Assembly (NCBI RefSeq): GCF_028641065.1
Contig: NC_073396.1
Location: 19,902,001-19,966,000 of the forward strand
Direction of reading: 5' to 3'
DNA length: 64,000 nt
Source of the DNA: Leucoraja erinacea
Lineage: Eukaryota
The notes under the pieces were generated by a model. It was given only the letters and a program-made list of their open reading frames with translations, had not been told where the DNA came from and did not search any database. Shown one piece after another: positions 36,401-47,170 of this stretch; the stretch's first letter is position 1, and each line of letters begins with the position of its first letter. A program made the translations under genes and the position numbers.

Positions 36401-37579
36401 GATTAAATCGTGAGTTTGGGTGCTATCTGTGGAGTTTGCCCGTTCTCTGTGGGTTTCCCCCCCCCCCCACATGCCAACAACGTGCCTGATTCGAGGTTAA
36501 TTGGCCCTCTGTAAATTGCCCCTACTGTGTATGGAGTGGATGAGAAAGGTAGAATGCCATAGAGCTAGTGTAAATGGGTGATCAATGGTTGGTGTAAATT
36601 CGATGGGCTGAAGGGAGTGTGCCGTATCTATCAATCAAACATCTCGAAGATAGACACAAAAAAGCTGGAGTGACAGCGGGGCAGGCAGCATCTCTGAAGA
36701 GAAGGAATGGGTGAGGTTTCGGGTCGAGACCCTTCTTAAATATCTCACCTAGGATATTTAAGGTATTGAATGGGAGGAAGAGAGGAGGCTGAGTGTTTCA
36801 GTGGCAGCACCTGCCGCTGTGACTGGGTGGGAGTAGTTTGTCCTGAATGCTGGGGAATCCTGTCCTGTCCGGAGCCCGCAAAGGGAAGCTTCACTCCCAG
36901 AGTTCCTCGGGGCGCCTCTAGAACTACAACTCCCGGCTTGCCTGCGTCCAGCGCCGCAGAGAGCCAGGCAGGCCCGAGGCGCCACTCGGCCTCATCTTCC
37001 GCCCGACCCGGGCTTTCTGAGCGGCGGGGTAACCCACACCTCACGCCGCCTCCACAGAGTCACTTTGGACACTTTCTTCTCCCGCCCCCGCTGCTGGGCT
37101 TTTAAACCCGGTCTGACCGCCTGCAAACTCTCCTCCCCCCACACACCCACTCCCCGGACAGTGATCAGACCCACGTGCGCCCCGGGGTGAGGGGGATACA
37201 CCGTGCACGCCCCCGGTCCCGGGCCCCGTGCGCGCCCCCGGTGCCCCCCACGTGGCCCTGTGGTGGAAGGTCCGGCCGCAGCCGCCCGTTGCCCTGGAGC
37301 CGCCGCCGCCGCCGCGCGCGTCCACGTGCGCGCCCGCAAGCCCCGCCGCTGCCGCTGCCGCCCCCGGGTCCTCCCGCCGCCCCCATCCCTCTCCTCCTCC
37401 ACCAGCGCGGAAAACGGAGCAGTGCTCACAGCAAAAAAAAACCCGATACATTAAAAAATAACACACAGAGGGAGATAGAAAAGTACACACCTACAGAGAC
37501 CTCCTATCACTTCTTTCTCACTCTTCCTGAATTCCTGGAATGAAGATACCTTCTGAGTGGGCACCACGAAATATTCCAT
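19745..37579 (-). CDS. TFAP4: TFAP4 (transcription factor AP-4, bHLH-leucine zipper), spliced CDS join(37579-37491, 27809-27644, 27060-26962, 25918-25748, 23845-23702, 22168-22001, 19921-19745), 1014 nt, 337 aa
   Basis: Seven exons joined by GT-AG introns give one open frame MEYFVVPTQKV...RIRREIANSNERRRMQSINAGFQSLKTLIPHTDGEKLSKAAILQQTAEYIFSLEQEK...SRQNLDTIVQAIQHIEGTQE...VERVLP*, recognisably vertebrate AP-4. Confidence 0.97.
20655..21332 (+). mobile_element. Non-autonomous GC-rich retroposon (copy D) in TFAP4 intron 6
   Basis: T-rich tract, poly-G, GC-rich core, CCATCACAGTG hairpin and AATAAA tail, as in copies A-C. Confidence 0.7.
22001..22168 (-). CDS. TFAP4: TFAP4 exon 6 (Pro-rich, TIV motif)
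   Basis: Acceptor tttcAG, donor CAG|GTGAGG; 168 nt; LLPAHIIPAPTHHPTVIV...SRQNLDTIVQ. Confidence 0.95.
23702..23845 (-). CDS. TFAP4: TFAP4 exon 5 (Q-rich)
   Basis: Acceptor tcagcAG, donor CAG|GTCAGC; 144 nt; VRSLEAHGYPEKLKAIAQHVQLQQQ...HMTQ. Confidence 0.94.
24378..24408. repeat. Poly-G run (also 20743-20770)
   Basis: Directly visible. Confidence 0.9.
25295..25617 (+). mobile_element. tRNA-derived SINE (HE1/V-SINE type), full length
   Basis: A box TGGCGCAGCGG, B box GGTTCGATCCC, V-domain-like ggtttcctcccacac, CR1-type tail gggccgaagggc and (TAAAC)n end. Confidence 0.85.
25748..25918 (-). CDS. TFAP4: TFAP4 exon 4 (basic PKRRR patch, DEGIGS degron-like motif, zipper 2)
   Basis: Acceptor acAG, donor CAG|GTTGGT; 171 nt; EYSGSSPKRRRAEDKDEGIGSPDVWEDEKLEDLKREMIELRQQLDKERSVRMMLEEQ. 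Confidence 0.96.
26051..26080 (-). ncRNA. Minimal hammerhead-like core in a Penelope-derived short repeat (TFAP4 intron 3, sense orientation)
   Basis: CUGAAGA-A-AGGU(UCCG)ACCU-GAAA-CGUC. Confidence 0.5.
26962..27060 (-). CDS. TFAP4: TFAP4 exon 3 (helix 2 and leucine zipper 1)
   Basis: Acceptor ttccacacAG, donor CAG|GTGAGC; 99 nt; AAILQQTAEYIFSLEQEKTRLLQQNSQLKRFIQ. Confidence 0.97.
27644..27809 (-). CDS. TFAP4: TFAP4 exon 2 (basic region, helix 1 and loop)
   Basis: Acceptor tcttcttgcAG, donor AAG|GTCAGG; 166 nt; LANIPLSQESQRDQERRIRREIANSNERRRMQSINAGFQSLKTLIPHTDGEKLSK. Confidence 0.97.
28760..28993. mobile_element. hAT/Charlie-like DNA transposon end (left boundary uncertain)
   Basis: Terminus GTTGGGAACCACTG (reverse complement CAGTGGTTCCCAAC) followed by GTCTAGTC, a Charlie-like target; partner terminal repeat not found. 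Confidence 0.5.
32760..33368 (+). mobile_element. Degraded Rex1/Babar 3' fragment
   Basis: ctacttcctcagaag...tgcaccatggaaagcatcct...acatgtgacaataataaacc, similar to the other Rex1 copies; similar pieces at about 10.6-11.2, 24.0-25.3, 29.7-30.1, 55.6-55.9 and 61.8-62.2 kb. Confidence 0.65.
33830..35180 (-). mobile_element. Penelope-like retroelement, 5'-truncated and frameshifted (RT plus GIY-YIG-side remnants) with 3' hammerhead-type repeat
   Basis: MGTRMGPSYACLFVG, YLRYIDD, LPFLD, PCNRKRCYTC, RFTEHLRS...VAQHFN, EEQHLIFRLGSLHPSGMNID; 3' end carries CTGAAGA...GAAACGTT. Confidence 0.9.
33887..33916 (-). ncRNA. Minimal type I hammerhead-ribozyme-like core at the Penelope 3' end
   Basis: CUGAAGA-A-GGGU(UUCU)GCCC-GAAA-CGUU; stem II present, palindromic AACGUU stem III, very short stem I. 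Confidence 0.6.
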
Positions 37580-38130
37580 GCCTTCCTCTCGGAGTGGGAA
37601 GGGAAAAATTCCTCCCCCCAAAAATAATAATAATAGCAGCGATGAATAACGTGCGGGCTGCGTGCGTGTGTGTGTGTTTCCAGCTGATCGCTGTATCAGA
37701 TGGTTGTAAATGGCGGGAAACAGCTGGTGCTTTCGCAGCACCGCCGCCTCCTTCCGCCGGCACCGGGATTGCATGTAAACAAAGAACTATTGTCCAGTGC
37801 CCCGCACCAGGCTGCTGCCGAGTTAGGGGCCAGAGCTCGGCGGGTTTTGGGAGGATCGTTATGCACTACAAGTACAAGGGTAAAGAGGAAAGGAATGGTT
37901 GAGGGAATGGGGAGGGGGGGTGTGTTGCAGGAGGGAGGGTGACGGGTGGGTTCTGCATGCGCCTCTGTGTGTGGGGGTGAAGCGGCTCATCAGCTGACGG
38001 CTGGCAAAACCGAGAGGAACAGCAACAGCTTAGTGACATTGGAGCAGCTGAGAGCAGAGAGGCGCAAACACAGCCCCACACGCCCACTCCGTCCGGCCCC
38101 GCTTTAAAGAGACAGTCTTTAAACGTTGCA
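36860..38130 (-). promoter_or_regulatory. TFAP4 CpG island / promoter, 5' UTR and start of intron 1
   Basis: Dense CpG and GC content around exon 1. CACGTG x3 (37172, 37249, 37323), CAGCTG x4 (37681, 37721, 37991, 38045), E2F-like TTTCCCGCCA (37720-37711), CCAAT (38042-38038). Confidence 0.8.
37491..37579 (-). CDS. TFAP4: TFAP4 coding exon 1 (MEYFVVPTQKVSSFQEFRKSEKEVIGGLC-S)
   Basis: ATG at 37579; donor AG|GTGTGT at 37490; 89 nt, phase 2; matches the AP-4 N-terminus. Confidence 0.95.
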
Positions 38131-38849
38131 GGCACCCTGCCCTGTGTTAGATGCTGAGGTTCCAGTGATACCGTGGGCTGTGGTTGTAACAGGAGCGACA
38201 GAAACCCCCTGAGCTGCAGGAAAACATGACATGGCTGCTCTACGGTTAAAGTGTAATTATATTTATTTTTCGCCTAATGTAAGATGACAGGAAACAATTC
38301 ATTAATTTCGCGAGGGATGATAAGCGGATGCAAAGACGTTGGAGGCAGATCAGAGAAAACTTACTGGCCCGGTGGCTGGAAGTGAGCGGGTTGTTTCGTG
38401 AGGTAATGTTGGCCGAGCTCGGTTTTGTATACCTTCGATCTTCCAGCATCTGCAGTTCCTTCTTGAACACATATCGGTTTGAACCCGCTGGGGTTTAAAA
38501 TCCTGAGGGGAGTCAACGGGGCGGATGTAGAAAGAATTCTCGTGTTGAACTAGGCATCATTGTTAAATAATGGATTGCTCATTTATCACAGGGATAAGGC
38601 ATACATTTCCCCTCAGAGTTGTAAGTCATTGGAACGCTCTTTCTCAACGAGAGGTGGAAGCAGTGCTCCTTGAATATAAGGTAGATAAGTCATTTGAGAC
38701 ACAAGGAACCGCTGGAGGATCACAGTGGGTCAGGCAGCATCTGTGGAGGGAATGGAGTGGTGATGCTTCAGATTGGACACACTGATAGAGAGAGAGGGAT
38801 ATTTGATGAATAATCAGCTGTCATATATGGATGGTGGGGCAGGCTCGAG

Positions 38850-41160
38850 GGGAGAGACATAGAAAGAGACTCTGCATTGATTACTCTCAAACTATAAACC
38901 AGTTCACGGAGCTTGATGCATATCCATTACCTCGTATGGAGGAGATTACATCCATATCAATACATTTGCTAAGTATAAGATATTCTCTACTTTTGACTTT
39001 AAAAGTGCTTACTACCAAATTCCTTTGAAAGAATCAAAGAAGAAATCCACTGCGTTTGAAGCAAATGGGAAATTATACCACTACTGCAGAGTTCCTTTTG
39101 CTGTAACTAATGGTGTGGCTGTTTTTCAGAGAGAGACGGACGAACTTGTTGAACAGGAAAACCTTAAAGATATTTTCCCTTATGTTGATAATATAACTAT
39201 TGCAGTAAAAGACCAAGCTGAACATGATGAAAATGTACAACGGTTTTTAGATGTTGTACATTCTAAAAACAAACATTAAATGAGGCTGTCAATAACATCA
39301 GTGTCATCAATTAATATTCTTGGTTATTGGGTTGGAAATGATATAATAAAGCCTGATCCAGAAAGACTCCAGCCACTCAAAGAGATACCTGTTCCAGCTA
39401 CATTAAACTCTCTACGAAGAGTTCTTGGGATGTTTGCATATTATGCTAAATGGATACCAAATTTTTCTGACAAAATTCAACCTTTGATTAGAGAAAAATC
39501 TTTCCCCCTTGACTCTACAGTAATTGGTGCCTTTACTTCTTTAAAGAAACAATTAGAATCTGCGACATTACACGCCATCGATGAGGATCTCCCCTTTGTT
39601 GTTGAATGTGATGCAGTATCAGCAACATTAAATCAAGGAGGACGACCAGTGGCTTTCATGTCTCGTACTCTCCAAGGTAATGAATTGCACTACCCACCCG
39701 TCGAAAAGGAAGCTGCAGCAATTATTGAAGCAGTGAGAAAATGGAGTCATTTCCTTGCTCGCCAACACTTTTCACTTTGATAACAGATCAGCGTTCAGTA
39801 ACTTTTATGCTGGATAATCGGAAATGAACGAAGATTAAAAATAGTAAAATTCATGAATGGAGGATTGATTTATCTGCATATAGTTATTCAATTGAGTACC
39901 GCCCTGGTAAGGATAATGTTGCTCCGGGTACATTAACTCGAGCATTTTGTGCCTCTGTTCATTCTTCTGCACTCACTGATCTTCACAATGGGCTGTGTCA
40001 TCCTGGAGTCACTCGTTTGTTACACTATGTTCGCTCCAAAAACGTACCTTTCGCTACAGAAGATGTGAAGATGACGTGTGCTTCATGTAGAATCTGTGCT
40101 GAATTAAAACCAAGGTTCTTCCATCCTGAAGAAGGAAGATTGATCAAAGGTACTCAACCTATGGAACGTTTGAGTATTGACTTCAAAGGGCCTTTACCAT
40201 CCTCCTCTCAAAATGTTTATATACTTACTATAGTTGATGAATATTTGAGGTTTCCATTTGCCTTTCCTTGTCCAAATATGTCAGCTGCTAAGGTTATCAA
40301 ATGTTTAGATCAACTGTTTTCATTCTGTGGATTTCCAAGTTACATACATTCTGATAGGGGCACCTCATTCATGTCAAAAGATTTAAAAGACTACCTTTGT
40401 AATAGAAGAATTGCAATAAGTAAAACAACACCATATCATCCTATTGGAAATGGTCAGGTTGAGAGGTATAACGGAATCATTTGGAAAGCAGTGAAACTGG
40501 CTTTAAAGTTAAATGACATACCAGATCAGCAGTGGGAATGTGTTCTACCCGATGCATTACACTCCATCAGATCTCTACTGTCAACTGCTACCAATACTCC
40601 TCCACACAAGCGGTTCTTTAACTTCAAACGGTGTTCTTCTAGTGGTACTTCTCTGCCATCATGGTTGACTAGCCCTGGGCCTGTGTTGCTTCATCGGTAT
40701 GTCCGATCAAATAAGAATGAGCCTTTTGTTGATGAAGTTGAACTGACTGATGTCAACCCTTCTTATGCAACTATCAAGTATCAAGACGTCAGTCAACGGT
40801 CTCACTTTGTGACCTTGCACCATGTCCGTCTTCTCCATCAGCTCCGTCACTTCTTGATAACATTAATCGAGAACTTCCTCCATATGGAAACTTCTATAAG
40901 AAATTCGAAAATTGTAAATGTAAATAACAATATGAGTGAAGTTGATGACCAAGCAATGCATGTACCACCAGCTATTGAAACACCATTATCTCCTGAAGCT
41001 CCAGTGCTGCGACGGTCATCAAGACGTACTAAACCTCCTTACCGTCTCAACTTATAAATAGGAGGGGAGAATGAAGTGGGCGCATGTGCGGGGCTTTTCC
41101 AGAGTGTGCACATGTGCGGGGTATTTCGGGCAGGAAATACCTCGCACGGTATCTGCCTCC
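38850..41160 (+). mobile_element. Decayed Ty3/Gypsy LTR retrotransposon: pol remnant (RT, RNase H, integrase), polypurine tract and start of the 3' LTR
   Basis: RLCIDYSQTINQFTELDAYPLP, RVPFAVTNG, YVDN, LNQGGRPVAFMSRTL...EKEAAAI, HHCC zinc finger, IDFKG/HSDRG/GQVER DDE triad; frameshifts and stops; PPT aggaggggagaa (41060-41071) followed by TG at 41072. No gag or 5' LTR seen. Confidence 0.93.
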
Positions 41161-42134
41161 AGGGATATGGATCACATACAGGTAGATATCACTTTATCTT
41201 GGCATCATGTTTTACATGAACATTGTGGACCAAATGGCCTGTTCTTGTGCTGTACTGTTCTGTGTTCTATGTAACATTGCCTGTCCATTCCCTTCACAGA
41301 TGTTTCCTGACCCGCTGAGCTCCTCCAGCACTTTGTGTTGTTCTTAAGTCTGTACACATTAGTTGAGGAACGTGTTGGAGCTTGCACCATAGTAAAGGCT
41401 CTGCTTTGTAACCATCTGTTTTGTGATATTCAGGAGCCTTCGTGTTCTTAATTAAACTTCAGTCACTTTTGCAAAACCCTAAAATCTCGGTTTTAGAGTA
41501 ATAATTATATGTTGCTCGGTACAACAAGAGGAATAATACAAAAACTCAGATTGACAGAAGTGTAGCAAAAACAAAGCATCTGCTCCTGGAGATATATTTT
41601 TGAAGGACTGGTCATGTGACATTTCAGCGTGGAATTCCACAGCTCCTGACATGAACACCGTCATTCCACCAGCCTACTCCATTACGTTGTATAGTTAGAC
41701 ATCTGTCTGAAGAAGGGTCTCAACCAGAAACATCACCCATTCCTTCTCTCCAGAGATGATGCCTATCCCGCTGAGTTACTCCAGCACTTTGTGCCAAATT
41801 TCCAAATCCATCAGCTCCTCAGCATTTTTTGGCTCTCTCCACTAAGAAAATATTCCAATCTGGTTTTTTTTAATTGACCCAGTGTGGATATCGTCACACT
41901 TCCATACCTCTGCTCTGAGAACATAGAACAGTGCAGCATTCTGGTAAATCTCTTCTGCCCCCTCTCATAAACCACCAAATTCATCCTTCAATGCGGCGAC
42001 CAGAACTGCACGCAATACTCCAAACGCAGCTTGACCAAAGTCCTATAAAACTGCAACATGACTTCCTGACTTGGGAGAGTTTAGTCACTTACTTTATTTG
42101 TCTGTGCCTCTTTATATCCTTCTAGTCCCACCTT

Positions 42135-43740
42135 AGAGTCATAGAGTGATTCAGTGTGGTAATAGGCCCTTCGGCCAAACTCGCCCACACCGGCCAACAA
42201 TGTCCCAACTACACTAGTCCCACTTGCTTGCGCTTGTTTCACATCCTTCCAAACCTGTCCTATCTATGTACCTGACTAACTGTTTCTGAAACAATGGAAT
42301 AGTCCCAGCCTCAACTACCTCCCCTTGCAGCTTGTTCCATACACCCACCACCTTTTGTGTGAAAAAGTTACACCTCGGATTCCTATTAAATCTTTTCCCC
42401 TTCACCTTGAACCTATGTCCTCTGGTCCTTGATTCCCCTACTCTGGGCAAAAGACTCTGTGCATCTATCCGATCTGTTCCTCTCATGATTTTGTATACCT
42501 CTAGAAGATCTCCCCTCATCCTCCTGTGCTCTATGGAATACAGACCCAGCCTACTCCACCTCTCCCTATAGCTCACACCCTTTAGTCCTGGCCACATCCT
42601 CATAAATCTTTTCTGAACCCTTTCAAGCTTGATAATATCTTTCCTATAACATGGTGCCCAGAACTGAACACAATATTCTAAATGTGGTCTCACCAACGTC
42701 TTATACAACTGCAACATGACATCCCAATTTCTATACTCAATACTCTGACTGATGAAGGCCAAATTGGCAAAAGCCTTTTTGACCACCTTATCTACCTGCG
42801 ACTCGACCATCAAGGAACCATGTACCTGGACTCCTAGATTCCTCTGCTCTACAACACTACCCAGAGGCCTACCATTTACTGTGTAGGTCCTGCCCTTGTT
42901 CGACGGCCTCAAAATGCAACACCTCATACTTTTCTGTATTAAATTCCATCAACATTCCATACATTCCTCCACCCACCTGGCCAATCGATCCAGATCCTGC
43001 TGCAATCTTTCACAACCATCTTCACTATCTGCAAAACCACTAACTTTTATATCATCAGCAAACTTGCTTATCTTGCCCTGTATGTTCTCATCCAAATCAT
43101 TAATGTAGATGTCAAACAGTAATGGGCCCAGCACTGAACCCTGAGGCACATCACTAGTCACAGACCTCCAGTCCGAGAAGCAACCTTCCACCATCACCAA
43201 CTGCTTCCTTCCATGAGCCACTTTGCTATCGATTCAGCTATCTCTCCTTGGATCCCATGTGATCTAACCTTCCAGAGAAGCCTACCATGCGGAAACTTGC
43301 CGAATGCCCTACTGAAGTCCATGTACACAACATCTACAGCTCAGCCCTCATCAATCTTTTTGGTCACATCTTCAAAAAGATCAATCAGGTTTGTGAGATG
43401 ACCTCCCACGTACAAAACCATGTTGACTATCCCTAATCACCCCTTGCCCATCCAAACGCCTGTATAACCTATCCCTCAGAATACTCTCAAGTAACTTACC
43501 AAGTACAGATGTTAAACTCACCGGCCTATAGTTCCCAGCATTTTCCCTGCAGCCCTTCTTGAAAAGGGGCACAACATTTGCCACCCTCCAGTCTTCCGGC
43601 ACCTGTACTGTATTTAAGGATATATCTGATCAGGCCCTAGAGATTTGTCTGCCTTCAAACACGACAGTACCTTCAGTACTTCGACAGTAACCCTGACTGC
43701 TCTCAAGATACTTCCAGTGCGTCCTCCAATTTCCTCCGTC
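42135..43740 (-). mobile_element. CR1-clade LINE, 5'-truncated, RT region to 3' tail
   Basis: [57 protein letters not shown]; disrupted frames. Confidence 0.92.
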
Positions 43741-43759
43741 CTACTGTCTTTCTCCTCGA

Positions 43760-46700
43760 TAAATAAAGTTTTTCCTCATCTCCGTTCTAAATGGCCTACC
43801 CCTAATTCTTAAACTGTGGCCCCTGGTTCTGGATTCCCTCAATATTGGGAACATGTTTCCTGCCTCTAGCAAGTCCAATCCCTTAATAATCTTAAATGTT
43901 TCAATAAGAACCCCTCTCATCCTTCTAAATTCCAGAGTATACAAGCCCAGCCTCTCCATTCTATCAACATATGACAGTCCCGCCATCCCGGGAATTAACC
44001 TTGTGAACCTGCGCTGCACTCCCTCAATAGCAAGAATGTCCTTCCTCAAATTTGGAGAACAAAACTGCACACAATACTTCAGGTGTGGTCTCACTAGGGC
44101 CCTGTACAACTGCAGAAGGACCTCTTTGCTCGTATACTCAACTCCTCTTGTTATGGAGACCAACATGCCATTAACTTTCTTCACTCCCTGCTGTACCTGC
44201 ATACTTACTTTCAGTGACTGATGAACAAGGACCCCCAGATCCCGTTGTACTTCCCCTTTTCCCAACTTGACACCATTCAGATAACAATCTGCCTTCCTGT
44301 TTTTGCCACCAAAGTGGATAACCTCACAGTTATCCACATTAAACTGCATCTGTCCACTCACCCAACCTGTCCAAGTCACCCTGCATCCTCATAGCATCCT
44401 CCTCACACTGTCACTTCACACTGCCACCCAGCTTTGTGTCATCCGCAAATTTGCTAATGTTACTTTTAATCCCTTCATCTAAATCATTAATGTATATTGT
44501 GAATAGCTGCGGTCCCAGCACCGAGCCCTGCGGTACCCCACTAGTCACTGCCTGCCATTCTGAAAGGGATCCGTTAATCCCTACTCTTTGTTTCCTGTCT
44601 GTCAACCAATTTTCTATCCATGTCAGTGCCCTACCCCCACTACCATGTGCTCTAATTTTGCACATTAATCTCCTATGTGGGACCTGTGCAAATGCTTTCT
44701 GAAAGTCCAGGTACACTACATCTACTGGCTCTTCCTTGTCCATTTTCCTCATTAATCCTCAAAAAATTCCAGAAGATTAGTGAAGCATGATTTCCCCTTC
44801 GTAAATCCATGCTGACTCGGACCGATCCTGTTACTGCTATCCAAATGTGCTGCTATTTCTTCTTTTATAATTGACTCTAGCATCTTCCCCACCACCGATA
44901 TCAGGCTAACTGGACCATAATCAGGATCCCTATCAGTTCGCCTACCGCAAGAACAGGAGTACGGAGGATGCCATCTCAACGGCACTTCACTCCGCCCTCT
45001 CCCACCTCGACAACAGAGACACTTACGTAAGAATGCTGTTCATCAATTACAGCTCAGCATTCAACACCATTATACCCTCTAAACTGATCACCAAACTTGG
45101 TAACCTGGGCATCGACCCCTCCCTCTGCAACTGGATACTGGACTTTCTAACCAACAGACCCCAGTCTGTTAGGTTAGACAAGCACACCTCTTCAACCCTC
45201 ACCCTGAACACCGTTGTTCCACATGGTTGTGTGCTGAGCCCCCTCCTCTACTCCCTCTTCACCTACGACTGCACACCTGTATATGGTACTAACACCATCA
45301 TCAAGTATGCAGATGATACAACGGTGATTGGCCTCATCAGCAACAACGATGAGTTGGCCTATAGGGAGGAGATCCAGCTCCTAGCAGCATGATGCGCTGA
45401 CAACAACCTGGCCCTTAACTCCAAGAAGACCAAGGAGCTCATTGTAGACTTCAGGAAGTCTAGGGGCAGCACGCACACCCCCATCCACATCAACAGGACG
45501 GAGGTGGAATGTGTTTCCAGCTTCAGGTTCCTGGGGGTCAACATCTCCGATGACCTCTCTTGGACCCACAATACCTCAACTCTGGTCAAGAAGGCTCACC
45601 AGCGTCTCTTCTTCCTGAGGAGACTGAAGAAGGTCCATCTGTCTCCTCAGATTCTGGTGAACTTCTACCGCTGCACCATCGAGAGCATCCTTACCAACTG
45701 TATCATAGTATGGTATGGCGACTGCTTTGTCTCCGACCGGAAAGCACTGCAGAGGGTGGTGAAAATTGCCCAACGCATCACCGGTTCCTCGCTCCCCTCC
45801 ATTGAGTCTGTCCAAAGCAAGCGTTGTCTGCGAAGGGTGCTCAGCATCGCCAAGGACTGCTCTCACCCCAACCATGGACTGTTTACCCTCCTACCATCCG
45901 GGAGGCGCTACAGGTCTCTCCATTGCCGGACCAGCAGGTCCAGGAACAGCTTCTTCCCTGAAGCTGTCACACTACTCAACAATGTACCTCGGTGACTGCC
46001 AATCACCCCCCCCCCGACATTCCTCCCACAGGAAAAACACTATGACTGTATGCATGTAAATAGATTTATTTATTGAAATCATATTCTATGTCACTCTTCC
46101 AGGGAGATGCTAACTGCATTTCGTTGTCTCTGTACTGTACACTGACAATGACAATTAAAGTTGAATATAAATCTGAATCTGATAATTCCGTTTTCTCTCT
46201 CCCGCCTTTTCTTAAAAAGTGGGATAGCATTAGCTACCCTCCAATCCACAGGAACTGATCCTGAATCTATAGAACATTGGAAAATGATCACCAATGCGTC
46301 CGCGATTTCCAGAGCCACTTCCCTAAGCACCCTGGGATACAGACCATCACGCACTGGGGATTTATCAGCCTTCAGTCCCATCAGTCTACCCAACACCATT
46401 TCCTGCCTAATGTGAATTTCCTTCAGTTCCTCCATCATCCTAGGTCCTCTGGCCACTAGTACATCTGCAAGATTGTTTGTGTCTTCCTTCATGAAGACGG
46501 ATCCAAAGTACCTGTTCAACTCCTCTGCCATTTCCTTGTTCCCAATAATAAATTCACCTGTTTCTGTCTTCAAGAGACCCACATTTGGCTTAACTAATTT
46601 TTTCCTCTTCACATACATAAGAAGTTTTTACTCTCCTCCTTTATATTCTTGGCTAGTTTGCCTTCGTACCTCATCTTTTCTCCCCGTATTGCCTTTTTAG

Positions 46701-46860
46701 TTATCTTCTGATGCTCTTTAAAAGTTTCCTAATCCTCTGGCTTCCCACTCGTCTTTGCTATGTTATACTACTCTTTTATTTTTACACTGTCCTTGACTTC
46801 CCTTGTCAGCCACGGTTGCCTCTTACTCCCCTTAGAATATTTCTTCCTCTTTGGAATGAC
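43760..46860 (-). mobile_element. Second CR1-clade LINE (ORF2 RT), interrupted by a Rex1/Babar insertion
   Basis: [38 protein letters not shown]. The reading resumes at 46187 (DWRVANAIPLFKK) on the other side of the insertion. Confidence 0.92.
44922..46181 (+). mobile_element. Rex1/Babar-clade LINE, 5'-truncated, nested in CR1
   Basis: [54 protein letters not shown]; TGAATC-type tail; ATAAT duplicated at 44917-44921 and 46182-46186. Confidence 0.9.
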
Positions 46861-47170
46861 ACACTAGAGGCAGGAAACATTTCCCGATGTTGGGGGAGTC
46901 CAGAACCAGGGGCCACAGTTTAAGAATAAGGGGTAAGCCATTTAGAACGGAGATGAGGAAATACTTTTTCATACAGAGAGTTGTGAGTCCGTGGAATTCT
47001 CTGCCTCAGAGGGTGGTGGAGGCCGGTTCTCTGGATGCTTTCAAGAGTTAGATAGAGCTCGTAAAGTTAGTGGAGTCAAGGGATATGGGTACAAGGCAGG
47101 AACGGGGTATTGATTGTGGATGATCAGCCATGATCACATTGAATGGCAATGCTGGCTCGAAGGGCCGAAT
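46861..47170 (+). mobile_element. CR1 3' fragment, inverted relative to the 43.8-46.9 kb copy
   Basis: About 110 bp is a near-identical reverse complement of 43765-43870, then continues into the CR1 3' UTR. Confidence 0.8.

Noticed and set aside
36745-37543. Multiple 100-150 aa ORFs on both strands
   Set aside because: CpG-island artefacts in TFAP4 intron 1; low-complexity Arg/Gly/Pro/Ala.
40017-41057. 346-aa integrase ORF as a domesticated gene
   Set aside because: Starts at TTG inside a frameshifted pol and is followed by a PPT and LTR start; best explained as transposon decay.
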